Positions 50,443-62,423 of a stretch of DNA of 64,000 bases are shown piece after piece. The DNA comes from Gammaproteobacteria bacterium (GTDB lineage Bacteria > Pseudomonadota > Gammaproteobacteria > JAUZRS01). The position numbers and the translations under genes were made by a program. The stretch lies in the NCBI GenBank assembly GCA_030949385.1, contig JAUZSP010000006.1, forward strand, positions 64,121 to 128,120, read 5' to 3'. The number at the start of each line of letters is the position of its first letter. The stretch's first letter is position 1. Under the pieces are notes generated by a model. That model had not been told where the DNA came from. It was given only the letters and a program-made list of their open reading frames with translations, and searched no databases.

Positions 50443-51532
50443 ACTCAACCTGCTGGACTTAGACCAGCAGGCTCTGAAAGAATTTTTCGCCCAGTTGGGC
50501 GAAAAACCCTTCCGTACCGCTCAAGTGATGCGCTGGATTTACCACCAAGGGGTGGTTGATTACGACAGCATGACCGATTTGAGCAACAAGCTGCGTGAGC
50601 GACTCAAAGCCGATACGGAATTGGCTCTGCCCGAAGTGACTCAAGAACAAATTTCAACCGATGGCACGACCAAGTGGCTGTTTGATCTCGACAGTGGCAA
50701 CGGCATTGAGTCGGTGTTTATCCCTGAAACGTCTCGCGGTACCTTGTGCATCTCTTCTCAGGTTGGGTGTGCTCTGGATTGCTCTTTTTGTGCCACGGCA
50801 CGGCAAGGGTTTAATCGTAATCTTTCCACCGCTGAAATTGTCGGCCAAATTTGGCAAGCTAATCGGCGTTTGGGCGGCGGCATCGCAGGCAGTCGGCGCA
50901 TCACCAATATCGTCCTGATGGGGATGGGTGAGCCGCTGCTGAACTACAAAAACTTGATCCCTGCACTGAAACTGATGATGCACGATCAAGCGTTTGGTTT
51001 TGGTAAACGGCGCGTGACCGTGAGCACGGCGGGGGTGGTTCCGGCGATGGATCGTCTCAAGGACGATGTGGACGTCAGTTTGGCGGTTTCTTTGCATGCG
51101 CCTGTGGATGAGCTGCGTGATGGGTTGGTGCCATTGAACAAAAAATATCCGATTGAAGAGCTAATGGCGGCGTGCAAACGTTTTGTGGCCACCGACCGTA
51201 AAAAACACATTACCTTTGAGTATGTGATGCTGGCAGGGGTGAACGACTCCGATGCCGAGGCGCGGGCGTTGATTCAGTGTCTGCGTGGTGTGTCGGCTAA
51301 AATCAATTTGATCCCTTTCAATACCTTTGAGGGCAACGGCTATCACTGCTCCAGCCAGAAGCGCATTGATCGTTTCCGCGATATTTTGTACAAAGGCGGT
51401 TTGCATACCGTGACGCGTAAAACCCGAGGTGAAGACATTGATGCGGCCTGTGGTCAGTTGGCAGGTAAGGTTGCGGATCGCAGTCGGCGTGAGGTGAAAT
51501 TTGTTCAACCTCGGTTTGGAGAGCAGGGTTGA
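50426..51532 (+). CDS. rlmN: Dual-specificity RNA methyltransferase RlmN
   Basis: CxxxCxxC, MGMGEP, AACGQL; GTG start overlapping the ndk end. Confidence 0.95.
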   Translation: MNESAKLNLLDLDQQALKEFFAQLGEKPFRTAQVMRWIYHQGVVDYDSMTDLSNKLRERLKADTELALPEVTQEQISTDGTTKWLFDLDSGNGIESVFIPETSRGTLCISSQVGCALDCSFCATARQGFNRNLSTAEIVGQIWQANRRLGGGIAGSRRITNIVLMGMGEPLLNYKNLIPALKLMMHDQAFGFGKRRVTVSTAGVVPAMDRLKDDVDVSLAVSLHAPVDELRDGLVPLNKKYPIEELMAACKRFVATDRKKHITFEYVMLAGVNDSDAEARALIQCLRGVSAKINLIPFNTFEGNGYHCSSQKRIDRFRDILYKGGLHTVTRKTRGEDIDAACGQLAGKVADRSRREVKFVQPRFGEQG

Positions 51533-52284
51533 GAGGCGTATTTCTGCTTCTGTTGATTCTGTTTTTGCAGGCCTGTTCTGCTTCTGCGCCGCGTACCCCA
51601 CTGGTTTCTAAGAATAAAGCCGCTAATTTTAATGCCCAGTTGGGAGCCAGTTATCTGCATCGTGGTAATTTGACTCAAGCCAAATACAAATTAGAAAAGG
51701 CGCTGGAGCAAGATGCCAATAACGTTACTGCCAACAGCACTTATGCGCTGTTTCAGGCGCGTTTGGGTAAGGTGAAAGAGGCCGATCGTTACTTTCGTAA
51801 GGCGCTGCGTCTGAGTAAAAACAACGCTGATATTTTAAACAATTACGGCACGTTTTTATGTCAGCAAAAACAGCCACGAGAGGCAGAGAAGCGTTTTTTA
51901 GCGGCGGCTAAAGATTTGCTTTATCAGACCCCCGAATACGCTTACACCAATGCGGGCATTTGTGCGTTGGATCATCGTCAGTTTCGTCAAGCGAAGCAGT
52001 ATTTGAAGAAGGCGCTCAGTCTCAACCCTCGTTTTGGTTCGGCCTTGAGGAATATGGCGGACCTTTATCAGCAGAAACGCCGTTATCGTCAGGCCTTGGT
52101 TTACTTGCAACGGTATCACAAATATTATACTGAGAGTCCCGCGACGTTATTGATGTCGATTAAGATCTATCGGGGCTTGAGAAATGCACAACAGGCCAAT
52201 GCGTTTACGGCTAAATTGCGCCGTCAGTTTCCAAATTCTGCTGAAACAGAGTCGATAATGAATAAACGCTCGATTTTGCCTTAA
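51529..52284 (+). CDS. pilW: Type IV pilus pilotin PilW/PilF (TPR lipoprotein)
   Basis: Lipobox [17 protein letters not shown]; synteny. Confidence 0.88.
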   Translation: MRGVFLLLLILFLQACSASAPRTPLVSKNKAANFNAQLGASYLHRGNLTQAKYKLEKALEQDANNVTANSTYALFQARLGKVKEADRYFRKALRLSKNNADILNNYGTFLCQQKQPREAEKRFLAAAKDLLYQTPEYAYTNAGICALDHRQFRQAKQYLKKALSLNPRFGSALRNMADLYQQKRRYRQALVYLQRYHKYYTESPATLLMSIKIYRGLRNAQQANAFTAKLRRQFPNSAETESIMNKRSILP

Positions 52285-52377
52285 ATTTTCCTGTCAGCGT
52301 TGTTATAGTAACGCTGTGTTAGGCTCTGCTTGTGGTATTGGTTTTTTCATTCGCACCTCTTTAACCGGAATATTTGT

Positions 52378-53721
52378 ATGAAAGATTATGATTCTGAAGC
52401 ATTTGATGGTGATTCTCTGAATTCAGCACCTCTGGGGCAGCGTCTGCGCAGCGCACGTGAAGGAACGGGATTAGGAATTGAGGAAGTTGCCAGTCTATTA
52501 AACCTGGAAGAGTCCTTGATTCGTGCCTTAGAAGATGAAGATTACGAGGTACTGCCTTCGCCTATTTTCATTCGTGGCTATTTGAGAGCGTACGCCAAGT
52601 TGTTGCGCTTGGATGGCAATGAGCTAATCGAAGTGTACGGCGTACAGAGCGGCGGTATGGATCCTGATTTAGCCACCAACAGCCAGAACGGTGGTTCTAC
52701 TGCTGCTGGTTTTCCAATGGCTTGGTTGGCGGGGGGTACGGTCACTATTTTGTTGCTGGTGGTCGTCGGTTGGTGGTTTATGTCAGCTGAAGATACTGCG
52801 CCACAGATGAGTCAAGATGAATCTCTCTCTTCGGAAGTGGTGGCAGAGATGCCCACCGATTCTAATGCCATTGCGCTACCACAACAGCCAAAAATGACTC
52901 AAACCGTGGCAGCTAAAGTCGGGTCAAAAGTTGAGCCAAAACCGGTTGTCGAAGCGATGGCGGAATCCGCGCCGAAACCTGAGCAGGGTACTTCAGATGT
53001 GTTATTGGCTATTGAGGCTGCTAAGGCACCCACGCTAGAACAGACAGATATGGGCGCTGTTCTGAGTGAGAAAAATTCAGTAACGGAACATCGTAACCTA
53101 CAGTCTGCCGTTGAGACCATGTTGGAAGAACGGCAGTGGGCACAAAACGACGGTTCTAGCAGTGAACGCAGCGTATTGGCGGCACCGGTTGCGGAACCGG
53201 CTGATTCACAGGTGGCTCAAGGTGTATTATCCTCGATTCAAAACGCGATTGTGGTCGATCAGGCCGATGCAGTTGTGGTGGTTGAGAGTGACGCTCAGGT
53301 GGAGCAGGACGTTGCAGCGGTCAATAAAAAGGTGGTTACGGCGCTCAGTCGTGTGGATTCAAGCGCTGAAACAGCGATCAGTAGCGTTGAAAGTGGTAAA
53401 AAATCAGCTGTGGTTCAAAACCTGTCGAAGTTGAATGTGGGGCCTGTGGCTCCCAGCGGCAGCGATGTTCTGTTGCTTAGCAGCACGGGTGACTCTTGGG
53501 CCGAGGTATTTGATGCCAACGGTTATCGTCTGTTGTACGACATGTTGAAAGTGGATCGTAGCAAACGTTTACAAGGCAGCGCACCCTTTAAGGTCTTTTT
53601 GGGCAACTCGCCTCTGGTTACGCTGAGCCTGAATGACACAGCAATGATTCAAAAATCCTTTAACCGTAAAAATAATACCGCCCGCTTTGTAGTGGACGTT
53701 AAGGGTGTTCGCAGGCGGTAG
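52378..53721 (+). CDS. rodZ: Cytoskeleton protein RodZ
   Basis: HTH with FIRGYLRAYA, TM helix, long linker, DUF4115-like C-terminus. Confidence 0.88.
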   Translation: MKDYDSEAFDGDSLNSAPLGQRLRSAREGTGLGIEEVASLLNLEESLIRALEDEDYEVLPSPIFIRGYLRAYAKLLRLDGNELIEVYGVQSGGMDPDLATNSQNGGSTAAGFPMAWLAGGTVTILLLVVVGWWFMSAEDTAPQMSQDESLSSEVVAEMPTDSNAIALPQQPKMTQTVAAKVGSKVEPKPVVEAMAESAPKPEQGTSDVLLAIEAAKAPTLEQTDMGAVLSEKNSVTEHRNLQSAVETMLEERQWAQNDGSSSERSVLAAPVAEPADSQVAQGVLSSIQNAIVVDQADAVVVVESDAQVEQDVAAVNKKVVTALSRVDSSAETAISSVESGKKSAVVQNLSKLNVGPVAPSGSDVLLLSSTGDSWAEVFDANGYRLLYDMLKVDRSKRLQGSAPFKVFLGNSPLVTLSLNDTAMIQKSFNRKNNTARFVVDVKGVRRR

Positions 53722-53786
53722 TTTCGCTGCTCTGCTCTTAGGTGTATATTTGCCGCCTTTGCTAACACCTAAGTAATTTTTTCTCT

Positions 53787-55064
53787 ATGGCTAAAGGTAT
53801 CACTCGTATTCGGGGTATGCATGACATTACCCCGCAACAAACCCCTCAATGGCAACAACTGGAACAGAGTCTGCGAACTCTGATGAAGGCCTATGGTTAC
53901 GATGAAATTCGTATGCCGATTGTGGAAAAAACCGATCTCTTTTGTCGTTCAATCGGTGAAGTCACCGATATTGTTGAAAAAGAGATGTACACCTTTCCAG
54001 ACCGTAACGGTGATCTGCTGACCTTGCGTCCAGAGGGTACCGCCAGTTGTGTGCGTGCCGGTATTGAACAAGGTCTGTTGCACAATCAGGTGCAGCGTCT
54101 CTGGTATCAGGGGCCGATGTTTCGCCACGAACGCCCCCAAAAAGGCCGTTATCGCCAATTTCATCAATTTGGCGTGGAGTGTTACGGTTTAGCTGGGGCT
54201 GACAGCGATGCCGAACTGATTCTGATGAGCGCCCGTCTTTGGTCAGAATTGGGCATTGCTGATGCCGTGCAATTGGAGTTGAACTCCTTGGGTAATCAGG
54301 TCTCGCGTTTGGCCTATCGGGATCAATTGGTTGCGTATCTTAACGACTGTCGTCAAGAGTTGGACGAAGACAGTCTGCGTCGTTTAGAGAGTAACCCTCT
54401 GCGCATTTTGGACAGCAAAAATCCCCAGACACAGACACTGTTAAAAAACGCCCCCAAACTCAGCGAAACCCTAGATCAAGCCTCGCAAGATCACATGGGG
54501 TTGTTGTGCGATATTTTGGATAGGGGTGGGGTGAACTACCACTTGAATGAACGTTTAGTGCGTGGTTTGGATTATTACTGTTTGACCGTGTTTGAATGGG
54601 TGACGGATCGACTCGGTGCGCAAGGCACCGTCTGTGCGGGTGGCCGTTATGACGGTCTGGTGCAGCAGTTGGGTGGCCGCTCGACTCCGGCGGTGGGTTT
54701 TGCCATGGGTTTGGAGCGTCTGCTCTCTTTAATGGAAGAGATGGACAGTCTCTCTGTCGCAGAGAGGCCGCACCTCTATTTGACCCTGATGGGCGAGCAG
54801 GCACAGCGTGAGGGTTTGTTGTTGGCGGAACGCTTGCGTGATGCCCTGCCTAAGCTGCGTCTGTTAACCCACTGTGGCGGCGGCAGCGTCAAAAGCCAAT
54901 TTAAAAAGGCCGATAAAAGCGGTGCTGAATACGCACTGGTGTTGGCTGATACCGAGCTTGAACAGGGTGTCATTGCGCTTAAACCTTTGCGGGATAAGGG
55001 TGAGCAGCAAAGTTTCCGTGAAGCGCAGTTGATCAGTGAATTGATGCTGCGTTTTGGTTGGTAA
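53787..55064 (+). CDS. hisS: Histidyl-tRNA synthetase
   Basis: [31 protein letters not shown]. Confidence 0.98.
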   Translation: MAKGITRIRGMHDITPQQTPQWQQLEQSLRTLMKAYGYDEIRMPIVEKTDLFCRSIGEVTDIVEKEMYTFPDRNGDLLTLRPEGTASCVRAGIEQGLLHNQVQRLWYQGPMFRHERPQKGRYRQFHQFGVECYGLAGADSDAELILMSARLWSELGIADAVQLELNSLGNQVSRLAYRDQLVAYLNDCRQELDEDSLRRLESNPLRILDSKNPQTQTLLKNAPKLSETLDQASQDHMGLLCDILDRGGVNYHLNERLVRGLDYYCLTVFEWVTDRLGAQGTVCAGGRYDGLVQQLGGRSTPAVGFAMGLERLLSLMEEMDSLSVAERPHLYLTLMGEQAQREGLLLAERLRDALPKLRLLTHCGGGSVKSQFKKADKSGAEYALVLADTELEQGVIALKPLRDKGEQQSFREAQLISELMLRFGW

Positions 55065-55110
55065 AAATCTTTTTGATAATGTCATTCAATGAATGTGAGA
55101 GGAGCCGCTG

Positions 55111-55764
55111 ATGGCGATGTATGAAACCGAAGAAGAGCAGATTGAAGCGTTAAAAAAGTGGTGGGCTGATAACGGTCGAGCGGTGATGTTGGGTCTGTTA
55201 TTGGGGGTCGCTTTGATTCTCGGTTGGCGTTTTTGGGGTGATCATCAGCGTACTCAAGCAGAAGAAGCGTCCAGCCTGTATGAGAGCTTGATTGAGGGTA
55301 TGGGGGCTGAGTCTGATGCCGCCGCGTTGTTGTCTTTGCAGACGCAGTTGGGGCGTGATTACGCCGATACGCCGTACGCGTCTTTGGCGGCACTGGCGAT
55401 GGCAAAACTGTACGTTTCTCAACATGACCTGAAAGCGGCGCAGCGCCAACTGAGTTGGGTGCTGGAAAATGAGGCTGATGAAAACCTGGGTCAGGTGGCT
55501 CGTTTGCGCTTAGGGCGTATTTTGTTGGCTGTGGGTGAAAAAGAGAAGGCTCTCACGTTGGCCAAAGCGCCTTACGCAGAGGCTTTTTTGGCTGATGTAG
55601 CAGAGTTGCAAGGCGATGCCTTACTGGCTTTGGGACGTTTAGATGAGGCACGGCTGGCGTATCAAGAGGCGCTGTCTGCACCGATGGCGATTGGCGATCG
55701 GCAGGGATTGCAGATGAAGTACGATGATTTGAAAGGAGTTCAGGCTGCGGATTCAGCGTCATGA
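55111..55764 (+). CDS. yfgM: YfgM TPR membrane chaperone
   Basis: YETEEEQIEALKKWW; synteny hisS-yfgM-bamB. Confidence 0.9.
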   Translation: MAMYETEEEQIEALKKWWADNGRAVMLGLLLGVALILGWRFWGDHQRTQAEEASSLYESLIEGMGAESDAAALLSLQTQLGRDYADTPYASLAALAMAKLYVSQHDLKAAQRQLSWVLENEADENLGQVARLRLGRILLAVGEKEKALTLAKAPYAEAFLADVAELQGDALLALGRLDEARLAYQEALSAPMAIGDRQGLQMKYDDLKGVQAADSAS

Positions 55765-56900
55765 AGTGGTTCTCTGCCTTGTTGTTGGTGTTCCTCGCCG
55801 GTTGTGCCAATGAGCCGATTAATCCGCCATCGGCGTTGTTGAAATTGGAGCCTAAAGTCGGTTTTAAACTGCTCTGGAGTGCGGAGGCGGGTTCGGCAAT
55901 CAATAAAAAATTCATTCGTCTTAATCCGTATGCCAGCGGTGATCGTCTTTTTACTGCGGTACCCAGTGGTCGAGTTACTGCTTTTGATCGCATGACGGGC
56001 AAGCTGATGTGGCGGGTGGATTTAAATGTGCCGTTGTCGGCGGGTGTTGGCGGAGGTGAAGGCGCGCTTTATGTGGCCAGCCAAGACGGGGTGGTGATTG
56101 CCCTTGATCCAAAGCAGGGCGCTGAGTTGTGGCGGGTGTCGTTAAATAACGAAGTACTCTCAGCCCCAGTGCCGAGTTTAGGCCGAGTGATTGTACGCAC
56201 GGTGGATGGCAGTATTTTGGCGCTGAAAGCGGAGTCGGGCGGGGTGATTTGGCGTTACAGTCAGCCAGTACCCCCGTTGACGCTGCGTGGCACCAGCCGA
56301 CCGGTGCCGGTTGCCGGTGGTCTGGTCAGTGCGCTGGATAACGGCAAAGTGATCGCTTTGGATCTGGAGCAGGGGCGGCCGTTTTGGGAGACCGTGGTCT
56401 CACGTTCGCAAGGGATTTCCGAGCTGGATCGCTTGGTGGATCTGGATGCTGAGTTGTTGGTTGAGAAAGGGCTGATTTTTGTGGCCGGTTATCAGGGTAA
56501 TTTGGCTCTGCTCTCTTTGGAGCAAGGACAAATTTTATGGTCTAAAGCCTTTTCCACCAGCACCGGTATGGCGTTTAAGGCTGAAAAGTTGTTTATTAAC
56601 AGTGATCAGGATGAAATTTCGGCGTTAAATGCACGGGATGGCAGGGTTGTTTGGCAGCAAGATAAACTTAAATTCCGTCAGTTGACTGCGCCGGTACTTA
56701 TTGGTGACAGTTTGGCGGTTGCTGACGCAGAGGGTTACCTGCATTTGTTGTCTCTCGCCGATGGCCGTCTGTTGGCGCGTTATAAGTTTGATGACTACGG
56801 CCTGCTGATTACACCGCTGGTGGTGGGAGAGACTCTGTATGTGCAGACTCGAGCCGGAACCGTATATGCGTTAAATCTGACAAAATTGGCCAAACCTTAG
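55761..56900 (+). CDS. bamB: Outer membrane assembly factor BamB
   Basis: Lipobox LAGC, PQQ-like beta-propeller repeats, LTLRG, ELDRLVDLD. Confidence 0.92.
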   Translation: MKWFSALLLVFLAGCANEPINPPSALLKLEPKVGFKLLWSAEAGSAINKKFIRLNPYASGDRLFTAVPSGRVTAFDRMTGKLMWRVDLNVPLSAGVGGGEGALYVASQDGVVIALDPKQGAELWRVSLNNEVLSAPVPSLGRVIVRTVDGSILALKAESGGVIWRYSQPVPPLTLRGTSRPVPVAGGLVSALDNGKVIALDLEQGRPFWETVVSRSQGISELDRLVDLDAELLVEKGLIFVAGYQGNLALLSLEQGQILWSKAFSTSTGMAFKAEKLFINSDQDEISALNARDGRVVWQQDKLKFRQLTAPVLIGDSLAVADAEGYLHLLSLADGRLLARYKFDDYGLLITPLVVGETLYVQTRAGTVYALNLTKLAKP

Positions 56901-57016
56901 TTGGCTGACATCGGCAAAATTGCTTCTTTCCGCTGCAAGTGTTAAAAATCCTGCTAAGTGGTATTGAGAATGGGGTTCAACTCCATTACGGACAGGATGG
57001 GCGAAGAGAGGCGGGT

Positions 57017-58417
57017 ATGGTTTACGGTAAGCTGAGAAATTTTGAATATTTTTTGGCCTCGGTGTTTCTGATTTTAGGTCTGTTGATGGCGGTGCCTTAT
57101 GTTTGGGGTGTCGTTTTTGAATCTAAATTTCGGCACGAAGTGACGCAGCTTGGTGAACGTCTGCATACCAAGGTGACGGTGCTTAATTATCAGCGTGGCT
57201 GGTTAAGAAGCCGTGCGGTGAGTCGCGTTGAGCTGCCTTACACGACGAATGCATTGCTGTTTGTGCATGAGATCAATCATGGTCCCTTGGAGCTGGAGAT
57301 GTTGGCGCAGGGGAAAAACCCTTGGTTGGCGGCTTTGGTGCGCACCGAACTGCCCGAGCAGCTGAGCATGGAGGGAGTTCAAGCGTTCAGTTCCGTGGAT
57401 GGCAGTTATTTTAAAGCCTTTACTCGAGTGCATCTGGACGGAGAGCTGGATACCCATTTCTCTCTGCCGCACTTGCAAGCCGAATTGCACAATTTGCCTG
57501 TGCAGCGCTTTTCGGCTTCTTCTCTGCGCGGTCATTTTGTTTATAACCCCGAGCAAAAACGAATTTATGGCAATTTGGATCTGCCGAGAATTAAGTTAGA
57601 AGGTGCGCAGATGAGTTTGCGCCTGCGCCATCTGCACTTTGAGACGGATCAGAAGAAGGGTGAAGGCGAGCTCTATTTTGGCGGTTCTCAGTTGAAAGTG
57701 GCGGCTCTGGATTGGCAGGGCTGGGGTCGTCCACTGAAAGTGGATCAGTTGGAGCTGCGCAGTATGAATGCGGAAAATCAGCAAGAGGCGTTCAGTCAGA
57801 TCGCGCTGAGTTCGAAGTCGGTGCAGACCCTGTTAGGCAACTATTCCAGTACTGAGTTTGATCTCAGTTTGCGTCATTTGGATACCCCTGGAGTGGCACA
57901 GGTGATCAATAACCTGCGTCATTATCCCTATTACGACACGGATGAGTTGCCTTTGGCGAGTCGTGATCGTGTTTGGCAGAGCCAAGTGTCACCAGTATTA
58001 AGCCTGTTGCGCAACAGTGAGTTGGAATTGTCGCGTTTTTATATGAAGCAGGGTGATGACGAGGTCAGTGCTTGGATGCGGGCGAAAATGCCAAGCTTGA
58101 CCTACGGCGATTGGGAGGCGGGAGAGTTTCCATTGCAAGCTTTGGAAGTTGAGCTGGAACTCTCTCTGTCAGAGCAGTTGATGGTGAGTTTGTTCAGAGA
58201 GCAGGCGCGGCGGATGTTGGGTAATACCCAGCGCTTTGTGGCCATGAAAGGTTTGAAGGCGGCAGAAAAAGAGCCCTATGTGCGTAAATCCGCTGAATCT
58301 CAGCTGAATAACCTGCTCAGGCAAAACTACCTTGCGTTTGAAGAGGGCAGTTATCGTTTGAAGCTTTCTCTTAAAGAGGGACATTTTTACCTCAACGACC
58401 ATCCATTGAATCCGTAA
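57017..58417 (+). CDS. YdgA/DUF945 family protein
   Basis: N-terminal anchor, YQRGWLRS and HEINHGP motifs. Confidence 0.7.
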   Translation: MVYGKLRNFEYFLASVFLILGLLMAVPYVWGVVFESKFRHEVTQLGERLHTKVTVLNYQRGWLRSRAVSRVELPYTTNALLFVHEINHGPLELEMLAQGKNPWLAALVRTELPEQLSMEGVQAFSSVDGSYFKAFTRVHLDGELDTHFSLPHLQAELHNLPVQRFSASSLRGHFVYNPEQKRIYGNLDLPRIKLEGAQMSLRLRHLHFETDQKKGEGELYFGGSQLKVAALDWQGWGRPLKVDQLELRSMNAENQQEAFSQIALSSKSVQTLLGNYSSTEFDLSLRHLDTPGVAQVINNLRHYPYYDTDELPLASRDRVWQSQVSPVLSLLRNSELELSRFYMKQGDDEVSAWMRAKMPSLTYGDWEAGEFPLQALEVELELSLSEQLMVSLFREQARRMLGNTQRFVAMKGLKAAEKEPYVRKSAESQLNNLLRQNYLAFEEGSYRLKLSLKEGHFYLNDHPLNP

Positions 58418-58528
58418 TACTTCCTTCATTCTCTGGGTGCTATTTTTTTTACGCGCTTTTTTGCATCGTGCGATAATGCCCGCCTGATAAAAAATTCACC
58501 TATCCCGTTCGTTGTGCAGAGAGTCCCC

Positions 58529-59944
58529 ATGAAACCTGTTATTGCTTTGGTCGGTCGCCCCAATGTGGGCAAATCCACCCTGTTTAATAAACTCACCCGC
58601 AGTCGTGATGCCTTGGTAGCGGATCTGCCGGGGTTGACCCGTGACCGTCAGTACGGCGATGGTAAAGTCGGCGAGAGGGCGTTTATCGTTGTTGATACGG
58701 GTGGTTTAAGCGGCGCAAAAGAGGCTTTGGATGTGCGCATGGAGCAACAGACCCAGCTGGCCATTTCGGAAGCCAATGTGGTGCTGTTTATGGTGGATGC
58801 CCGCGCGGGTTTGATGCCGGCTGATGTGAACATTGCTGATCAGCTGCGTCGCGATGGAAAATCGGTTTTTTTGGTGGTTAATAAAGTAGATGGCTTGGAC
58901 ATCGAGCAGGCCAAAAGTGACTTTTACAGCCTTGGTTTGGGGCAGTCTTTGGCCATTGCAGCGTCGCACGGTCGGGGGGTTAATCGCCTGATCGAGACGG
59001 TGCTGGACGAGCAGGCTGAACAGGAAGAGATTGACGAGGGTCAAGAGGCGGCGGAACGCACTTTGAAGGTGGCGGTGGTGGGTCGCCCTAATGTGGGTAA
59101 GTCTACTTTGATTAACCGCTTTTTGGGCGAAGAACGGGTGGTGGCTTTTGACCGTCCGGGTACCACTCGCGACAGCGTTTTTATTCCCTTTGAAAAAGCC
59201 GGTCAGGCCTACACGTTGATTGATACCGCCGGTGTGCGGCGGCGCGGTAAAGTCAAAGAAGTGGTGGAAAAGTTCAGTGTGATCAAAACCTTGCAGGCGA
59301 TTGATGCCAGCAACGTGGTGATTATGATGATGGACGCCAGTCAAGGCATTGCCGATCAAGATTTGAGCCTGTTGGGTTATATTTTAGACAGCGGTCGTGC
59401 CTTGGTGGTGGCGATCAATAAATGGGATGATTTGAGCCGAGACCAAAAAGATCAGATTAAAAAGGATCTGGATTGGCGTTTGGGGTTCCTTAAATTTGCC
59501 AAGGTGCATCAGGTCTCGGCCAAACGCGGTACGGGGGTGGGTAAATTGCTCGGTTCGGTCAATCAGGCCTATCGAGCGGCGATGAAAGATCTTTCTACGC
59601 CGGAGTTAACGCGCCAGTTACAGCAGGCGCTGTTGGCGCATCAACCGCCGCTGTTTCGGGGGCGGCGGATCAAGTTGCGTTACGCCCATCAAGGAGGAGT
59701 GAATCCGCCATTGATTGTGATTCATGGCAACCAGACCGACAGTTTGCCTGGGGTCTATAAACGCTATCTGGCCAACTATTTTCAGGAAGCCTTTAAACTG
59801 TTCGGTACGCCTTTGAGATTGGAATTTCGTACTGCCGAGAATCCGTTTGCGGGGCGACGTACACCCCCCCCAAAAACCAAGAGCAGTAAGGAACTGAATC
59901 GCAAGCCGAAACTGTTGGCCAAACAGAAAGCGCGTCGTCGTTAG
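58529..59944 (+). CDS. der: Ribosome biogenesis GTPase Der/EngA
   Basis: Two GRPNVGKS domains, KLRYAHQGG. Confidence 0.97.
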   Translation: MKPVIALVGRPNVGKSTLFNKLTRSRDALVADLPGLTRDRQYGDGKVGERAFIVVDTGGLSGAKEALDVRMEQQTQLAISEANVVLFMVDARAGLMPADVNIADQLRRDGKSVFLVVNKVDGLDIEQAKSDFYSLGLGQSLAIAASHGRGVNRLIETVLDEQAEQEEIDEGQEAAERTLKVAVVGRPNVGKSTLINRFLGEERVVAFDRPGTTRDSVFIPFEKAGQAYTLIDTAGVRRRGKVKEVVEKFSVIKTLQAIDASNVVIMMMDASQGIADQDLSLLGYILDSGRALVVAINKWDDLSRDQKDQIKKDLDWRLGFLKFAKVHQVSAKRGTGVGKLLGSVNQAYRAAMKDLSTPELTRQLQQALLAHQPPLFRGRRIKLRYAHQGGVNPPLIVIHGNQTDSLPGVYKRYLANYFQEAFKLFGTPLRLEFRTAENPFAGRRTPPPKTKSSKELNRKPKLLAKQKARRR

Positions 59945-62274
59945 GCGCTTTTTTGTTCGGGCTTGCTTTTATGAAGCTGCTGTTGCAGCAGTTGCTCGAT
60001 GGCGTTGGCGGGTTTGGGACGACTGAAAAGATAGCCCTGATATTCGTGACAGCCGTTTTGCTCCAAAAAGGCCAGTTGTTCGGGGGTTTCTACCCCTTCG
60101 GCAATGACTTTTAGATCCAGGCTTTTGGCCATTGCCAAAATGGCCTGAATAATGGCTTGGTCATTTTTGTCGTGCTGGATGTCGGCTACAAAGGATTGGT
60201 CGATTTTTAGGCTATCAAAGGCAAACTGTTTCAGGTAGCTGAGGCTGGAGTAACCGGTGCCAAAATCGTCAATGGAGATGGTAACACCGACTTTTTTGAT
60301 TGCTTTGAGCTGGCGGCGGTTTTTTTCTGGGTAGCGCATCAGGGTGTTTTCGGTCAGCTCCAGTTCCAAATTTTTTGGCTCAATGTCGTACTGGGTGAGC
60401 AGGCGTGTGAGGCGCTCAGGCAGTTTGGGGTCGGCCAGTTGCAAGGGCGAGAGGTTGACCGCCACGGTGAGGTTTTGAATGCCCTGTTGTGACCAGTGGT
60501 GCAGCTGTTGACAGGCTTGCTCCAAAACCCAAGCTCCGATAGGAGTGATCAGGCCTTCGTTTTCGGCGGTATCAATAAACTGGTTTGGAGAAATGTAGCC
60601 TTTCTGTGGGTGTTTCCAGCGCAGGAGTGCTTCTAGGCCGGTGATCTGACCGCTGCTGAGATTGACTTTGGGTTGGTAATAAATTTGGAACTGCTTCTCT
60701 TCCAAGGCCAGACGCAGATCACGGGCGAGGGTCAGACGCGCCATCATCTCATCGTTTAATTGCTGGGTATGGAACTGAAAATGGTTGCGCCCCTGCTGTT
60801 TGGCTTGGTACATGGCGGTGTCGGCATTTTTGATCAACTCATCCACGTTGTTGCCGTCTTTGCTTGAGAGGCTGATGCCGATGCTGATGCCGTAATGTAG
60901 GGTGTGCTCCAAAATATGCGCAGGTTTGGCAATCTCGTTTAACAGCTGGTTGGCTAAGTTGACCACTTCCGCTTCGTCTTTTATCTCTGGCAGTAAAATA
61001 ATAAATTCATCACCGCCGTAACGCGCCACCGTATCACCGGCTCTGGCGCACTGTTGCAGTCGTTTGGCTGTTTCCAGCAGTAGGGCATCGCCTACGGGAT
61101 GGCCGAGACTGTCATTGATGTATTTAAAGCGATCCAGATCGATAAACAGCACGGCGGTTTGATGTTGGCACCGTTGTGCTTGTGCCAGTGCCTGTTCGAG
61201 GTGATCTTCAAACAGCAGGCGGTTGGGCAGTCCTGTGAGGCTGTCGTGAGTGGCTTGGTGAGCTAAGGTCTGTTCGTAGTTTTTTTGCTGGTCAATGATG
61301 TGCGTGAGCAGAGTGTTTTTATGTGCCAAGGTATGGGCGTGTTGAGAAGCGCTGAAGAGGTACCAGCTGAGTAAAAGAGTAATGATCAGCCCTGAAATTA
61401 AAATAATCCAATGAGTTGGGGGGAGTTGAGTTACAAAATAGCCTTGGGCTGGGGTGGCAATGATGTTCCAAAACTGTGAACCAACGCTGATCTTACCTTG
61501 ATAACGTAAGCTGGAGGGGGCGTGAATAAGGCTTTCTTTTGAGTGAGATGTACTCAATTTGCGCGAGCGGTGAAAATGTAAGGGGGTCGCATTTGGGCTG
61601 ATCTCGCCGTGATACAGGCCGAGATTGATGCCGCTGGGAGTCAGGCCTGACAGAGCTTGTTTTACCAGATGGTGCGGATTCAACAAAGCGACTAAATAAT
61701 CGCTCTCCAGTTGGGGGGATTCTGTGTCTGAGTGGTAGAGAATTTTTTGATAGATAAACAGAAGGTTGTTTTGACTGCGTTGCTCTTGCAGGCTAAAAAA
61801 TCCGAGGTCTGAATTATTTTTCCGCACCTTCGTCAGCTCCATTGTCAGCTGTACCATGACCTCGGGAGTTAACTTACCTTGATCGTTGAGCAGAGGCAGA
61901 GAGGTGTCTGTTTGCCGCTTGTTTTGGAGTGTGCTGGGATACCAGATCACCTGTTGCCAGACAGGGTGATTGTGGACAAAGTGGGTGCTGAACTGTTGTA
62001 AGGGGTTCAATAGCGGTGGTTTAGAGGCCTCTAAAAAGGCACTTACGGCGTGAAACAGTTCTAAGTCACGCATTAATTGGCGTTTGATGGTGGTGATACG
62101 ATCTTTAGCGCCTTTAACAAAACTGTTTTCTTGTGCTTCCAGAACCGTATGACGGTTCCACTGTTCTACTTGAACAGCGGTCATCAGGCTTAGGCTGCTG
62201 CCAATGAGCAATATAAGCAGGCTTGGTATGTGTTGTCGTAGTCGAGATAGGATGGGGGTGATCAGGATATTCAT
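59941..62274 (-). CDS. CHASE-like sensor, GGDEF and EAL c-di-GMP enzyme
   Basis: Two TM helices; RxxD I-site, GGDEF, EAL and DDFGTGYSS intact. Confidence 0.9.
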   Translation of the reverse strand: MNILITPILSRLRQHIPSLLILLIGSSLSLMTAVQVEQWNRHTVLEAQENSFVKGAKDRITTIKRQLMRDLELFHAVSAFLEASKPPLLNPLQQFSTHFVHNHPVWQQVIWYPSTLQNKRQTDTSLPLLNDQGKLTPEVMVQLTMELTKVRKNNSDLGFFSLQEQRSQNNLLFIYQKILYHSDTESPQLESDYLVALLNPHHLVKQALSGLTPSGINLGLYHGEISPNATPLHFHRSRKLSTSHSKESLIHAPSSLRYQGKISVGSQFWNIIATPAQGYFVTQLPPTHWIILISGLIITLLLSWYLFSASQHAHTLAHKNTLLTHIIDQQKNYEQTLAHQATHDSLTGLPNRLLFEDHLEQALAQAQRCQHQTAVLFIDLDRFKYINDSLGHPVGDALLLETAKRLQQCARAGDTVARYGGDEFIILLPEIKDEAEVVNLANQLLNEIAKPAHILEHTLHYGISIGISLSSKDGNNVDELIKNADTAMYQAKQQGRNHFQFHTQQLNDEMMARLTLARDLRLALEEKQFQIYYQPKVNLSSGQITGLEALLRWKHPQKGYISPNQFIDTAENEGLITPIGAWVLEQACQQLHHWSQQGIQNLTVAVNLSPLQLADPKLPERLTRLLTQYDIEPKNLELELTENTLMRYPEKNRRQLKAIKKVGVTISIDDFGTGYSSLSYLKQFAFDSLKIDQSFVADIQHDKNDQAIIQAILAMAKSLDLKVIAEGVETPEQLAFLEQNGCHEYQGYLFSRPKPANAIEQLLQQQLHKSKPEQKSA

Positions 62275-62423
62275 TCTTTTGCCTCGGTCACCTTCAGATT
62301 TTAAAAACGGCTCCGATTTTAACACAGTGAGCTAACAAAATTTATTGGTGTAAATATTGTAGTGGCTGTTGCAAGAATACGGTTTGTCTGTTTGCAGCGT
62401 GAGTGGTCAAGGGAGCGGGAAGC

